This document shows, piece by piece, positions 18,796-28,860 of a stretch of DNA of 62,775 bases. The notes beneath the pieces were generated by a model. The model made no database searches. It was given only the letters and a program-made list of their open reading frames with translations, and was not told the origin of the DNA. The DNA comes from an uncultured Dehalococcoidia bacterium (GTDB taxonomy: Bacteria > Chloroflexota > Dehalococcoidia > DSTF01 > JACRBR01): contig CAYWOO010000110.1 in the NCBI GenBank assembly GCA_964458665.1, positions 1 to 62,775 of the forward strand, in the 5' to 3' direction. The translations under genes and the position numbers were made by a program. Position 1 is the first letter of the stretch. Each line of letters begins with the position of its first letter.

Positions 18796-21252
18796 ATGGC
18801 GCGCACGAACACCGAGCCAACGAACGAGGTGCCGAAACGAGGCGACCGCGGGCGACGCTTTGCCCTGCCCATGGTGGCTGTCGCTGTGCTGCTTGCTGTC
18901 GAGTTGGCGCTTGGCGCGCTATCGCCGTCGAGGAACGTCGAGGTTGCGGCCGAAGTAGCTCTGGTAACCACGATGATCGGTGGCGCGGGGGCGGCCGCGT
19001 GGTACGTGATGGCGCTGTCGGCGAGGGCGGAGCGAGAGCATCGGGCGCGGCTGCAGCAACTCGCGGACTTCGACGAGCTGTCCGGGCTCCACAACTATCG
19101 TTACTTGCGCCAGGCGATGCTTACCGGTCTTGACGAGGCCGCGCGCAACGCGGCGTCGTGCGCCGTGATCATGTTGGACCTGAACGACTTTAAGGACGTC
19201 AACGACCGCTTCGGCCATCTGGCCGGCGATGCGTTGATCGCGGCGATTGGGCGTGGATTGCGAGAGGTGGTCGGCGAACGTGGAACCGTCGCGCGCTACG
19301 GCGGTGACGAGTTCACGATTCTGCTGCCGGATATGGATCGTCCACGTGCGACCGACTTTGCCGGACGCGTCGCCGAAGCCATCGCCACGGCCTCTATCTC
19401 CGCGAATCCAGAGAACAGAAACACCGCCGTTACTGCGTCGTACGGTGTTGCCGTGTATCCGGAGGACGGTGGTGACGCGGAGTCGCTGATCGCGCGCGCG
19501 GATCGGGCGCTGTACGAGGCGAAGGCAAACACCAGCGAGATCAGGCTGCGCAGCGATGAGCGGCACGCGCAGGACGTGTTTTTCGCGATCGGCGAGGCGA
19601 CAGGACGGTCGCTGGATGCGCAGGAACTGGTAAAGAACCTTGTGACGGGGGTCGGCACGTCGCTCAATCTCGACTCATGTACGATTTGGCTTGCGCAGGA
19701 CACCGGCGAGATCCGTGTGCGGTCCTTCTACGTCGCCGATCCCGAATTGGCGCGGCGATTCGCCGCTGTGGAACAGATGCGGCCGCTGCGACACGACGAG
19801 CTGCGCGAGCGGCGGATGCTTGCTGACCGGCCCGTGTACATCGATGACATTGTCGCGTCAGAAGCGCTGCCCGAGCCGTTTCGTGAACTGTTCGACCCGG
19901 GCGTGTGGATGATGAGCGTGCCGCTGCCCTCGCCACGCGTGGGCATGCTCCTCTTGACCGCAAGCCATGTCCGATCGTCAGCGCCTGCAACCGGCGTCGT
20001 CGAGGCCGTTGCTCGCCTGGCCTCCGCGGCGCTCCGGAACTCCGACACGTATGCGCGGGCGCGGGAGCAGGGCGAGCGCCTGGCGGGACTCGCTGGCATC
20101 GGCGGCATGCTCTTTGGTGAAGGAGACTTCGAAGACCGCGTCACCTCCGCCGTGCGCAAGATCGTCGAAGTGACGGGGTTCGACAGCGTAACCCTGGACA
20201 CGGCTGATCCAACGGCCGAGGACGCGATCCTGCGGAGCTTCGAAGGTCTGGACAAGGATGGCGGTCCGATTGGCGGCGATCTCCGCGAGATGTGGCTGGC
20301 CACAAAACCAACGCTCAACGAGCCGACGGTCGTCGAATTCCTGGCGAAACTCTCCGATCCGATCATCATGTATGACCCGGCTACAGAGGTCGGCGACGTG
20401 TACCGCGACGTCATCGTCGCGGGCGAAATCAAGATGGTCGTGCTCATGCCCGTCGTATGGCAGGGCGACCTCAAGGGCCTGTTCTACTTTGCGAGCTATA
20501 CAGAGCGCGGCTTCCACGAGGACGACATCGCATTGATGCGGACGATCGCGGCGCAGCTCGCGCCGTCGCTCCAAGTGGCGACGCTGCACGTCGAGCTGGA
20601 GCACTCGTATGCCGAGCTGAAGGATGCGCATCGCGAAGCGATCATGCGGTTGGCGTACGCGGCGGAGTCGCGCGACCCGTACACAGGACGGCACCTGCAG
20701 CGCATCGGTGCGCTGGCGGAGGAGATTGCGCGGCGCGTCGGGCTGGACAGTGATGGTATAGAGGCGATCGGTTATGCCGCGATTGTGCATGATCTGGGCA
20801 AACTGCGCATCCCGGACGCCGTGCTGATCAAGCCGGGTGAGCTGAGCGAAGACGACTGGGCCGCGATGAAGAAGCATCCGGAGTATGGCGCCGACATCCT
20901 CGGCGTCGGTGCGTTTTACGATCTGGCGCGCGAAGTGGCGCTGCATCATCACGAGCGCTGGGACGGGTCGGGCTATCCGTTCGGCCTGGAAGGCGAAGCG
21001 ATCCCGGTCGGTGCGCGCATTGTGATGGTGGCAGACATCTACGACGCGCTGATCAGCGCGCGGCCGTACAAGCCGGCGTGGCCGGCGCACAAGGCGTTGG
21101 CGGAGCTGCGCCAGATGCGCGGCGTCAAGCTCTGCCCCGTGTCGGTCGATGCGTTTCTGGCGATGTGGGAGGACGGGACGGTGGCGCGCATCGAAGAAGC
21201 GACGGAGGATGCGAGCTTCGAGTCCGACTTCCGCGAGCGTTGGGCGGCGTGA
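18796..21252 (+). CDS. Membrane-anchored GGDEF-GAF-GAF-HD-GYP protein
   Basis: Two N-terminal TM segments; DLNDFKDVND.FGH..GD and RYGGDEF; two GAF-like regions; HDLGK and HHERWDGSGYP. Confidence 0.9.
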   Translation: MARTNTEPTNEVPKRGDRGRRFALPMVAVAVLLAVELALGALSPSRNVEVAAEVALVTTMIGGAGAAAWYVMALSARAEREHRARLQQLADFDELSGLHNYRYLRQAMLTGLDEAARNAASCAVIMLDLNDFKDVNDRFGHLAGDALIAAIGRGLREVVGERGTVARYGGDEFTILLPDMDRPRATDFAGRVAEAIATASISANPENRNTAVTASYGVAVYPEDGGDAESLIARADRALYEAKANTSEIRLRSDERHAQDVFFAIGEATGRSLDAQELVKNLVTGVGTSLNLDSCTIWLAQDTGEIRVRSFYVADPELARRFAAVEQMRPLRHDELRERRMLADRPVYIDDIVASEALPEPFRELFDPGVWMMSVPLPSPRVGMLLLTASHVRSSAPATGVVEAVARLASAALRNSDTYARAREQGERLAGLAGIGGMLFGEGDFEDRVTSAVRKIVEVTGFDSVTLDTADPTAEDAILRSFEGLDKDGGPIGGDLREMWLATKPTLNEPTVVEFLAKLSDPIIMYDPATEVGDVYRDVIVAGEIKMVVLMPVVWQGDLKGLFYFASYTERGFHEDDIALMRTIAAQLAPSLQVATLHVELEHSYAELKDAHREAIMRLAYAAESRDPYTGRHLQRIGALAEEIARRVGLDSDGIEAIGYAAIVHDLGKLRIPDAVLIKPGELSEDDWAAMKKHPEYGADILGVGAFYDLAREVALHHHERWDGSGYPFGLEGEAIPVGARIVMVADIYDALISARPYKPAWPAHKALAELRQMRGVKLCPVSVDAFLAMWEDGTVARIEEATEDASFESDFRERWAA

Positions 21253-21372
21253 GGGCTAGCGTTCAGCGTTCAGCCGTCGGCGGTTAGCAGTTGGAGCGGC
21301 ATCGGCGTCTGGTGGTCTGCCCTGCCGCCATTCGAGACTTGGCGGAGTTTCTGGCGTCGCGGACAATGAGGC

Positions 21373-24189
21373 ATGCCGGAGAAGCCCGCGCCTGACCTCG
21401 ATGCGCTGCTGCGCTACCGCCAGAAGCGCGACTTCGCGAAGACGCCTGAGCCGGCGGCGGGCACGCCAGATGGAGCGCACGCCGACCTGACGTTCGTCGT
21501 GCAACAGCACGCGGCCACACGCATGCACTGGGACTTTCGTCTGGAGATCGAGGGCGTGCTGGCGTCGTGGGCAGTGCCGCGCGGACCATCGCTGGACCCC
21601 AAAGACAAGCGGATGGCTGCGCATGTTGAGGACCATCCGTACGACTACGGCGGGTTCGAGGGTGTGATCCCGAAGGGCAACTACGGCGCGGGACAGGTGA
21701 TTGTGTGGGACGCCGGTACGTATTCGCCCGACGAGGGCGGCGTGTACTGTTGGGGCGATCCGGCGGAGGGCAGCGCGCGGATGCTCGAGGAGCTGGCGGC
21801 GGGCAAGCTGTCGTTCACGTTGCGCGGCAAGAAGCTGCGGGGATCGTGGACGTTAGTGCGCACGGCGCGCGACCCGAAGGACTGGCTGCTGATCAAGCAC
21901 AGGGACGACTTCGCTTCGACGCGCGATGTGCTCGAAGAGGATCGATCGGTGCTCAGCGGCGTCACCATCCGTGATCTGAAGGAAGGCCGCATGCCGCGCA
22001 TGGCGCAGGCGGGCGGAGCGCCGCACCCGGATGCGCGCGAAGCCGCGTTTCCGGACGCGAAGACGTTGCGGCCGATGCTGGCGACGCAGGTCGCGCGACC
22101 TTTCTCGCGCGCGGGATGGATCTTCGAGGCGAAGCTGGACGGCGTTCGGGCATTGGCGTTCGTTTCGCAAACGGATGCTGGCGAGCCGCGCATCGAACTG
22201 CGGAGCCGGCGCGGGAACGCGATGACGGTGCAGTATCCGGAGATCGTGGCGGCGGTGGCGTCGCAGCCGGTGCGGACGGCGGTGTTCGATGGCGAGATCG
22301 TCGCGATGAACGCTTCGGGCGTGCCGGGCTTTCAGGAGATCCAGCCGCGGATCAACCTCTCGAAGCCGGCTGAGGTGGAGCGCGTCGCGGCGGAGACGCC
22401 CGTGTACTACTACGTGTTCGACCTGTTGTATCTCGATGGATACGACCTGACGCGCGTGCCGCTTGCGGAACGCAAGGAGCTATTGCGGCGGACGCTGGAG
22501 CCGAGCGCGCACATCAAGTTCGTCGACCACGAACGCGAGGACGGCGAAGCGCTGTACGCCGGCGCGACCAAACTGGGATTCGAAGGTGTCGTAGGGAAGC
22601 GCGCGACAAGCACCTACGAACCGGGGGCGCGGACCGGCGCCTGGTTGAAGATCAAGAACGTGCTGGAGCAGGAGTTCGTCGTCGGCGGCTATACCGAGGG
22701 CGAGGGCTCGCGCGCGAAGACGTTCGGCGGCCTGCTGATCGGCTACTACGATGGCGACGATTTGCGTTTCGCATCGAGCGTCGGATCGGGTCTGACAGAT
22801 GCGGACCTTTCGGCGATCAAGAAGCGTCTGGTGAAGATCGAGACGGATGCGTCGCCGTTCGTCGATCCGCCGACGACCATCGGCGGGCGCTGGGGCGGCG
22901 GGAAAGCGGCGCGGTGCATTTGGGTGAAGCCTGAGCTGGTCGCGCAGGTGCGGTTCAGCGAGTGGACACGGGACGGTGGGCTCCGCGCACCGGTATTCAA
23001 GGGGCTGCGCAGCGACATCGATCCACGCGGCGTGCGGCGGGAGGATGCCAGCGCGCAGGCGGCGCATGTGCTGGACGACGATGCCGCACCCCACGCGTCA
23101 TCGGTCGAGCGGGCGGTGGCGTCGATCGTGGACCAGTTGGCATCGACGGCGAAGGCGGACTTCACGTTGGATGTGGACGGCGTGCCGATCAAGCTGACAA
23201 ATCTGGACAAGGTCTTCTGGCCGGCGACGGGCGAGCATGCTCCGCGCACGAAGCGGGAGCTGATCCGGTACTACGCGCGGGTCGCGCCGTACCTGCTGCC
23301 GCACCTGAAGGATCGTCCGCTCACGCTGACGCGCTATCCGAACGGCATCGAAGGGTCGTCGTTCTACCAGAAGCACTGGCCGTCGGCGTTTCCGAAGGAG
23401 TTCCACGTCGCGCGCGCGTCGATCTACTCGGCGCACAACGATGCGGACGGCGATTACATCCTCGTGAACAATCTGCAGACGCTGATCTGGCTGGCGCAGC
23501 TGGCCGATCTGGAGATCCACGCGTGGATGGCGCGCGTTGATCCGGAGCCGGATGCTCGCGGGCTGCCGACGGAGTTCGCTGGCTCGCAGGAGACGATGGA
23601 CCGCAGCGTGCTGAACTATCCGGACTTCATGGTGTTCGATCTGGACCCGTACATCTACGCCGGCACCGAGAAGAAGGGCGAAGAGCCGGCGCTCAATCGC
23701 CGCGCGTTTGAGAAGACGCGCGAGATGGCGTTCTCGTTGAAGGAGTTGCTGGAGCAGTTGCGGCTGTCGTCGTTCGTGAAGACGACGGGGAAGACGGGGC
23801 TGCACATCTATGTGCCTGTCTTGCGGCAGTACACGTACGACGAGATCCGGGCAGCGAGTGCGGCCGTCGGCCAGTTCATGGTGCAGCAGCATCCCGACGA
23901 CCTGACGATGGAGTGGCAGACGGTGAAGCGCACGGGCATGATCTTTTTCGACCACAACCAGAACACGCGCGGCAAGACGCTGGCGGCGGAGTACTCGCTG
24001 CGGCCGTCGCCGCAGGCCGCGGTGTCGGCGCCGGTGACGTGGGAGGAGCTGGCGCGCGTGTATCCGACGGACTTCGACATCGATACGGAACCTGAGCGGC
24101 TGGCGAACGTCGGCGACCTCTGGGCGGACATTCTGGCATCGAAACAGGATCTCAAGGCGTTGATCGAGAGCGCACCCATTGACAGTTGA
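21373..24189 (+). CDS. ligD: NHEJ DNA ligase D (phosphoesterase-ligase-polymerase)
   Basis: FVVQQHAATRMHWDFRLE (PE domain); EAKLDG and EGVVGKR (ligase); TRYPNG, FDLDP and KTTGKTGLH (polymerase). Confidence 0.95.
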   Translation: MPEKPAPDLDALLRYRQKRDFAKTPEPAAGTPDGAHADLTFVVQQHAATRMHWDFRLEIEGVLASWAVPRGPSLDPKDKRMAAHVEDHPYDYGGFEGVIPKGNYGAGQVIVWDAGTYSPDEGGVYCWGDPAEGSARMLEELAAGKLSFTLRGKKLRGSWTLVRTARDPKDWLLIKHRDDFASTRDVLEEDRSVLSGVTIRDLKEGRMPRMAQAGGAPHPDAREAAFPDAKTLRPMLATQVARPFSRAGWIFEAKLDGVRALAFVSQTDAGEPRIELRSRRGNAMTVQYPEIVAAVASQPVRTAVFDGEIVAMNASGVPGFQEIQPRINLSKPAEVERVAAETPVYYYVFDLLYLDGYDLTRVPLAERKELLRRTLEPSAHIKFVDHEREDGEALYAGATKLGFEGVVGKRATSTYEPGARTGAWLKIKNVLEQEFVVGGYTEGEGSRAKTFGGLLIGYYDGDDLRFASSVGSGLTDADLSAIKKRLVKIETDASPFVDPPTTIGGRWGGGKAARCIWVKPELVAQVRFSEWTRDGGLRAPVFKGLRSDIDPRGVRREDASAQAAHVLDDDAAPHASSVERAVASIVDQLASTAKADFTLDVDGVPIKLTNLDKVFWPATGEHAPRTKRELIRYYARVAPYLLPHLKDRPLTLTRYPNGIEGSSFYQKHWPSAFPKEFHVARASIYSAHNDADGDYILVNNLQTLIWLAQLADLEIHAWMARVDPEPDARGLPTEFAGSQETMDRSVLNYPDFMVFDLDPYIYAGTEKKGEEPALNRRAFEKTREMAFSLKELLEQLRLSSFVKTTGKTGLHIYVPVLRQYTYDEIRAASAAVGQFMVQQHPDDLTMEWQTVKRTGMIFFDHNQNTRGKTLAAEYSLRPSPQAAVSAPVTWEELARVYPTDFDIDTEPERLANVGDLWADILASKQDLKALIESAPIDS

Positions 24190-24204
24190 GCAAGTATGCA
24201 ACTA
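24185..24204. promoter_or_regulatory. Candidate ArsR/SmtB operator AGTTG-N10-CAACT
   Basis: Inverted repeat immediately upstream of the ArsR gene, overlapping the ligD stop. Confidence 0.4.
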
Positions 24205-24215
24205 TTATGGACGGC

Positions 24216-24602
24216 ATGAGCGACGCAGTTACCGAGCCCGATGTCTGCCAGGTCCGCTACGTCGACACCGACCTCGTCGAATCGGTCCTCTGCAACCTCG
24301 TCCAACGAGAGACGGCGACCGGCGTCGCCGACCTATTCCGGGTGCTCGCTGATCCGACGCGGGTTTTGATCCTGCACGCCCTCTCGATGGCCTCGCTCTG
24401 TAATTGCGACCTCGCTTCCATCCTCGGCGTCACTGAGTCCGCCGTCTCGCACCAGATGCGCGAGCTTCGACTGACGAAGCTCGTCACGTCCGAGCGCCGC
24501 GGACGCATGGTGTACTACCGCCTGAGCGACAGCCACGTCCGTCACGTGCTGGAAGACACGATGCGCCACGCTCGCGAAGCAGCCGCAAGCACCGGGGAGT
24601 AG
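24216..24602 (+). CDS. ArsR/SmtB (CadC/ZiaR-like) metal-sensing repressor
   Basis: LADPTRVLIL, LCNCDLA (alpha3 Cys pair), SAVSHQ, DSH-x10-H..E (alpha5 site). Start uncertain (24207 or 24216). Confidence 0.9.
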   Translation: MSDAVTEPDVCQVRYVDTDLVESVLCNLVQRETATGVADLFRVLADPTRVLILHALSMASLCNCDLASILGVTESAVSHQMRELRLTKLVTSERRGRMVYYRLSDSHVRHVLEDTMRHAREAAASTGE

Positions 24603-24606
24603 CTCT

Positions 24607-25281
24607 GTGGAAGCAGCATCCCCGGGTAAGGCGGCTTTCTCGGAACAGCGCTCGCGGCGTCTGACGATCGCGCTGATCCTTCTCTGGCTGACGTTCGCCT
24701 GGAACATCGTCGAAGGCATCGTTGCTGTCGCAGCGGGAGCACAAGCGAACAGCGTTGCGCTCGTCGGGTTCGGGTTGGACAGCTTCATCGAGGTGACGGC
24801 GGCCGGCGTGCTTATCTGGCGTTTGCAGGCAGGGGACGGCGACCCCCGGATCGAGGGCCGCGAGCGCGCCGCACGCCGCATCATCGGAGCCACCTTCATC
24901 GCGCTCGCGGCGTACGTCGTGGCTCAGTCCGCGTACGCCGTCCTCGCATCGAACGAACCGGGAGAGTCGCGCCTGGGGCTGGCGCTAGCAATCGCATCGC
25001 TCGTGCTGATGCCGGCGCTGGGGTTGGCGAAGAAGGCGAATGCGAAGGCGCTGCATTCGCACGCGCTCGTCGCCGAGTCGCACGAGACGCTTGTGTGCTC
25101 GTACCTGTCCGCAACGCTGTTTGTTGGTCTCGGCGCGAACGCGCTGTTTGGATGGTGGTGGGCGGACATCGCCGCAGCGCTGGCGATGGTGCCGTGGGTC
25201 GTCAAGGAGGGCATCGAGGGGATTCGCGCTGAGGGCTGCGGAGGAGACTGCGATAACGGTTCGAACGAGGAGGGTGAGTGA
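24607..25281 (+). CDS. Cation (Co/Zn/Cd) transporter, CDF-like membrane domain
   Basis: WNIVEG, ALVGFGLDS.IE, ALVAESHET..C.YLS, WWWAD. Confidence 0.85.
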   Translation: MEAASPGKAAFSEQRSRRLTIALILLWLTFAWNIVEGIVAVAAGAQANSVALVGFGLDSFIEVTAAGVLIWRLQAGDGDPRIEGRERAARRIIGATFIALAAYVVAQSAYAVLASNEPGESRLGLALAIASLVLMPALGLAKKANAKALHSHALVAESHETLVCSYLSATLFVGLGANALFGWWWADIAAALAMVPWVVKEGIEGIRAEGCGGDCDNGSNEEGE

Positions 25282-25282
25282 T

Positions 25283-25891
25283 ATGCCTGAAGTTGCGTTG
25301 CTAGCCTGTGCCGTGTTCGGGTCGCTCGCGTTCGGGCTGCGCAGCGCCCTGCAGTATGTCCGGACGGGGTCGGCGGGGTTCCGGGGCTTTTCCGGCAGGC
25401 CTGGTTCGGTGGAATGGTGGGCCGGACGCGGCTTTACGCTGGCGCTCGTCGCTACCTTGATGGCGCCTGTGGCCGATCTGGCAGGCTGGTTGCCGCGACT
25501 GCGCTACCTCGATGAAACGGGCGTCGCGATCGCGGGTGTCGCACTCGCCGTCATCGGCACCGGGCTCGTGCTCGTCGCGCAGTTGACGATGGGCGACTCA
25601 TGGCGGATCGGCGTCGATGCGGGGGAGCGCACGGTCCTCGTCACCGGCGGCGTGTTCTCGTTCGTCCGAAACCCGATCTTCTCCTCAATGATAGTCTTCG
25701 TCGGGGGAGTGGCGCTGATGGTCCCGAACCTACTCTCGGTTGCGGGACTCGTCCTTCTGATGGTGGCGATCGAAGCGCAAGTGCGCCTTGTCGAAGAGCC
25801 CTACCTCGTGCAATCGCACGGCGGCGAATACGGGGAGTATGCCGCGAAAGCCGGGCGCTTCCTGCCATACGTCGGCCGGCTGCGCTCATGA
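25283..25891 (+). CDS. Isoprenylcysteine carboxyl methyltransferase family membrane protein
   Basis: MGDSWRIGVD, LVTGGVFSFVRNPIFS, EEPYL...YGEY.....RFLP. Confidence 0.9.
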   Translation: MPEVALLACAVFGSLAFGLRSALQYVRTGSAGFRGFSGRPGSVEWWAGRGFTLALVATLMAPVADLAGWLPRLRYLDETGVAIAGVALAVIGTGLVLVAQLTMGDSWRIGVDAGERTVLVTGGVFSFVRNPIFSSMIVFVGGVALMVPNLLSVAGLVLLMVAIEAQVRLVEEPYLVQSHGGEYGEYAAKAGRFLPYVGRLRS

Positions 25892-25953
25892 CTCCGGCGC
25901 CGGCGTGGATCGTTTGCCCGTGCCGCGGTCGTACACTAGGCTGAAGGGCCGAT

Positions 25954-27003
25954 ATGACAGACGACCTCGTTTCGTTGCGCTATCCGTTGCGACCGCTTGA
26001 CCGGCGTGGGTTTCTCCGGGGAACGCTTGCCGCCTCGGCCGGCGGCGCGCTGCTTGCCGCTGGCTGCGGATCCGGCAGCGAGAGCACGAAGACTCCGACT
26101 GCGGGCGCTTCGCCGACGGCCGACGCCAGCGCTTCACCGACGGCCGGCGCGGCGACGCCGGACGCCACCGCGAATCCATCGGGCATCACGCCGTTCTTGC
26201 TGACGCAGGAGTTCGTAACGCTCCAGGACAGCCGTTTTGCAGTGGGACTCGTCGACAAGGCCGGCAAGCTGGTTCAGGGCGCCGCGGTCCATCTGAAGTT
26301 CTTTAGCATCGGAGCCGCCGACGCGTCGACCGGCGTGTTGAAGGGCGAAGGAGATGCCGCGTATCGCGAGTTGAAGGTCGAAGGCGCTCACCTGCACGAC
26401 AAGAGCGGCGAGGGCGCGATTACGGACGACACCGTTTCCTTCTACGTTGCAGACACGCAGTTCTCGAATCCCGGCAAGTGGGGGGTCGAGATAAGTGCGC
26501 GTCTTGCGGACGGCAGTGCATCGGCGACGATCCAGGCGCCGTTTACTGTGCTGGCCAAATCGCAGAGCCCCGGTGTGGGCACGGTGCCTCCGGCGAGCAA
26601 GAACGACACGATTGCCACGAACGCGAACATGGAGAGCCTCTGTTCTCGCTCTCCCGCCTGTTCATTGCACGACAAGGTGATCGGCGACGTGTTGGGAAAA
26701 GGGCGTCCGCTCGTGGTGATGTTCAGCACGCCAGCGTTCTGCGTGAGCCGCTTCTGCGGGCCGGTGCTGGAGGTGCTGTTGGACAAGGTGCCCGCCTACC
26801 ATGATCGCATCGACTTTGTGCACATCGAGGTGTGGCAGGACTTTCAGCTGAAGCAACATCGCGCTGCGGCAGACGAATGGTTCCTGCCGACCGAGCCGTA
26901 CACGTTCTTCATGGACAAGGCGGGCAAGATCCTGGCGAAGTTCGAGGCAATTTTCACGGGTGACGAACTCGTCGCAGTGCTCGACGCGTTGGTGAAGGCG
27001 TAA
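25954..27003 (+). CDS. Tat-exported lipoprotein with a C-terminal thioredoxin-like domain
   Basis: DRRGFL twin-arginine motif, lipobox AAGC, PLVVMFSTPAFCVSRFCGP, IDFVHIEVW, EPYTFFMD. Confidence 0.75.
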   Translation: MTDDLVSLRYPLRPLDRRGFLRGTLAASAGGALLAAGCGSGSESTKTPTAGASPTADASASPTAGAATPDATANPSGITPFLLTQEFVTLQDSRFAVGLVDKAGKLVQGAAVHLKFFSIGAADASTGVLKGEGDAAYRELKVEGAHLHDKSGEGAITDDTVSFYVADTQFSNPGKWGVEISARLADGSASATIQAPFTVLAKSQSPGVGTVPPASKNDTIATNANMESLCSRSPACSLHDKVIGDVLGKGRPLVVMFSTPAFCVSRFCGPVLEVLLDKVPAYHDRIDFVHIEVWQDFQLKQHRAAADEWFLPTEPYTFFMDKAGKILAKFEAIFTGDELVAVLDALVKA

Positions 27004-27007
27004 CGGT

Positions 27008-27358
27008 GTGAACGCGCGCGCGGCGCGAGCGTACTGCGCGAAGCTTTCCGGGGCGACGTGCGAATACCCGTTTGGTCCCGACGTGCGCGTGTACAAGGTT
27101 CGAGGGAAGGTATTTGCGCTGCTGGCTGAAGCGGCGCCATGGAGCATCAGCCTGAAGTGCGATCCCGTGCTGGCGCGGCTTCTGCGTGCGAATCATGAGG
27201 CGATCACTCCCGGATACCACCTCAACAAGGCGCACTGGAACACGGTGGCGTTGGACGGATCTGTGCCCACGGTGTTGATTCGCGAGATGATCTCCAACTC
27301 GTATGAGCTCGTCGTTCTGAAGCTAACGGCCGCGAAACGACGCGAATTGGGCGGGTGA
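27008..27358 (+). CDS. MmcQ/YjbR family DNA-binding protein
   Basis: YPFGPDVRVYKVRGKVFA, LKCDP, PGYHLNKAHWNTV. Confidence 0.9.
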   Translation: MNARAARAYCAKLSGATCEYPFGPDVRVYKVRGKVFALLAEAAPWSISLKCDPVLARLLRANHEAITPGYHLNKAHWNTVALDGSVPTVLIREMISNSYELVVLKLTAAKRRELGG

Positions 27359-27428
27359 ACGCACTGGTGCGCGCCTTAAGGGTTGGCGATCATAGCTTTA
27401 GGCGATCGCCGCCTGAGGAGGTGCAGTC

Positions 27429-28346
27429 GTGAAGCGCACACTATTCTCCGTTCTCACCGTGATCACTGTCACGGCCGCTGCGTGCGGCGGCGGCGACAAA
27501 GCGGCGCCGACGCCGGAGCCAGCAGCGCCGACGCAGAAGCCTGCCGTAACAGCAACTGCGAACGCGGGCGCAACGACGCCGGCGTCGGCGAAATCCGCGA
27601 CACCGGCGCGCAGCAAGGGCGAGAAGGCGATCAGCGGGCTCTTCGGATCGCTGTTCTCGAGCGCGTTTAGCGGCGGTGGGCAAAGCGCCGACAGCCTCGG
27701 GGGAGGCGGCCTGGGTGAAGGCGACCCCGCGCTCGCGAAGTACCTCCCGTCGAACGCAGATCTGCCTGAAGGCTACACGCCGCAGGGGCAGTTCACCTTC
27801 CGCGCTCCGGACGGCATCTCGGAAACAGGCGGCATCGACGTAGCGACGCAGATCGCGAGCACCGGCGACCCGACAGCTATCGACGCGGACTTCTCCAAAG
27901 CCGGCATGCTTATGGCGATGGTGCTGAAGCCGGACGACCTCCAAAGCCTCGGCGAGGCATTTGACACGATGAAGGAGCTGGACGAGGAGGATCTGAAGGA
28001 GGCGTTTGCCGAGGGCGCGGGCGGCGGCGACGGTGGGCTGATGCTTATCAAGAACGTCGACGTGCTGGAGGCTGACGGACTGGGTGACGGTAACGTCGGG
28101 TTCCAGCTGACGATCGACCTGGGTGGCATCGCCAGTATCTTCAGCGGACTGACGGGTGATGCGACGCCGGAGGCGGACGCGCCGGATCTCTCGAAGCTGG
28201 CGATTACGATGCGGATTTATCTGTTCGCGCGCGCCGACTACGCCGGTGGCATCATGCGGATGGCCTTCTCCGATGCGCTGGCGGACGATGTCGATGAGAT
28301 TGGGCTGGCGAAGATCATCGATAACAAGCTGAAGGCTGCGCCGTAG
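27429..28346 (+). CDS. Hypothetical lipoprotein
   Basis: Signal peptide with lipobox AAAC, Pro/Ala/Thr linker, GAGGAG RBS. Confidence 0.75.
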   Translation: MKRTLFSVLTVITVTAAACGGGDKAAPTPEPAAPTQKPAVTATANAGATTPASAKSATPARSKGEKAISGLFGSLFSSAFSGGGQSADSLGGGGLGEGDPALAKYLPSNADLPEGYTPQGQFTFRAPDGISETGGIDVATQIASTGDPTAIDADFSKAGMLMAMVLKPDDLQSLGEAFDTMKELDEEDLKEAFAEGAGGGDGGLMLIKNVDVLEADGLGDGNVGFQLTIDLGGIASIFSGLTGDATPEADAPDLSKLAITMRIYLFARADYAGGIMRMAFSDALADDVDEIGLAKIIDNKLKAAP

Positions 28347-28399
28347 GGTTGGCGGGCCCGGGCGGACACGCTCGTCCCGGGACGGCTTTGGCGAATGTC

Positions 28400-28860
28400 T
28401 GTCCGGCTTTGCCGGACGCACAGGTCTCCTGCGGCGACTCTTCGACCGGGGGCGGCTATGCCACGCGCTTTGCGCCTCGCACGCGACCAGTGGTTCTGAC
28501 GCGGGGTTTTGGCTTGCGTTGGTCCGGCTTTGCCGGACGCACAGCCGGGGCGGTTATGGCACGCGCTTCGCGCCTCGCACGCGACCAGTGGTTCTGACGC
28601 GGGGTTTTGGCGTGCGTTGGTCCGGCTTTGCCGGACGCACAGCCGGGGCGGCTATGGCACGCGCTTCGCGGCTTGCACGCGACCAGTGGTTCTGACGCGG
28701 GGTTTGGCGTGCGTTGGTCCGGCTTTGCCGGACGCACAGCCGGGGCGGCTATGCCACACGCTTCGCGGCTCGCACGCGACCAGTGGTTCTGACTCGGGGT
28801 TTTGGCGTGCGTTGGTCCGGCTTTGCCGGACGCACAGCCGGGGCGGCTATGCCACACGCT
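28400..28860 (-). repeat. Tandem array, 97-98-bp period, about 4.5 units, with paired hairpins (GTCCGGC..GCCGGAC and ACAGCCGGGGCGGCTAT)
   Basis: Units at 28522, 28620, 28717 and 28815, plus a degenerate copy at 28401. Confidence 0.95.

Noticed and set aside
28400-28860. 98-bp array as CRISPR, and ORFs within it
   Set aside because: No unique spacers; the ORFs are simply translations of the repeat.
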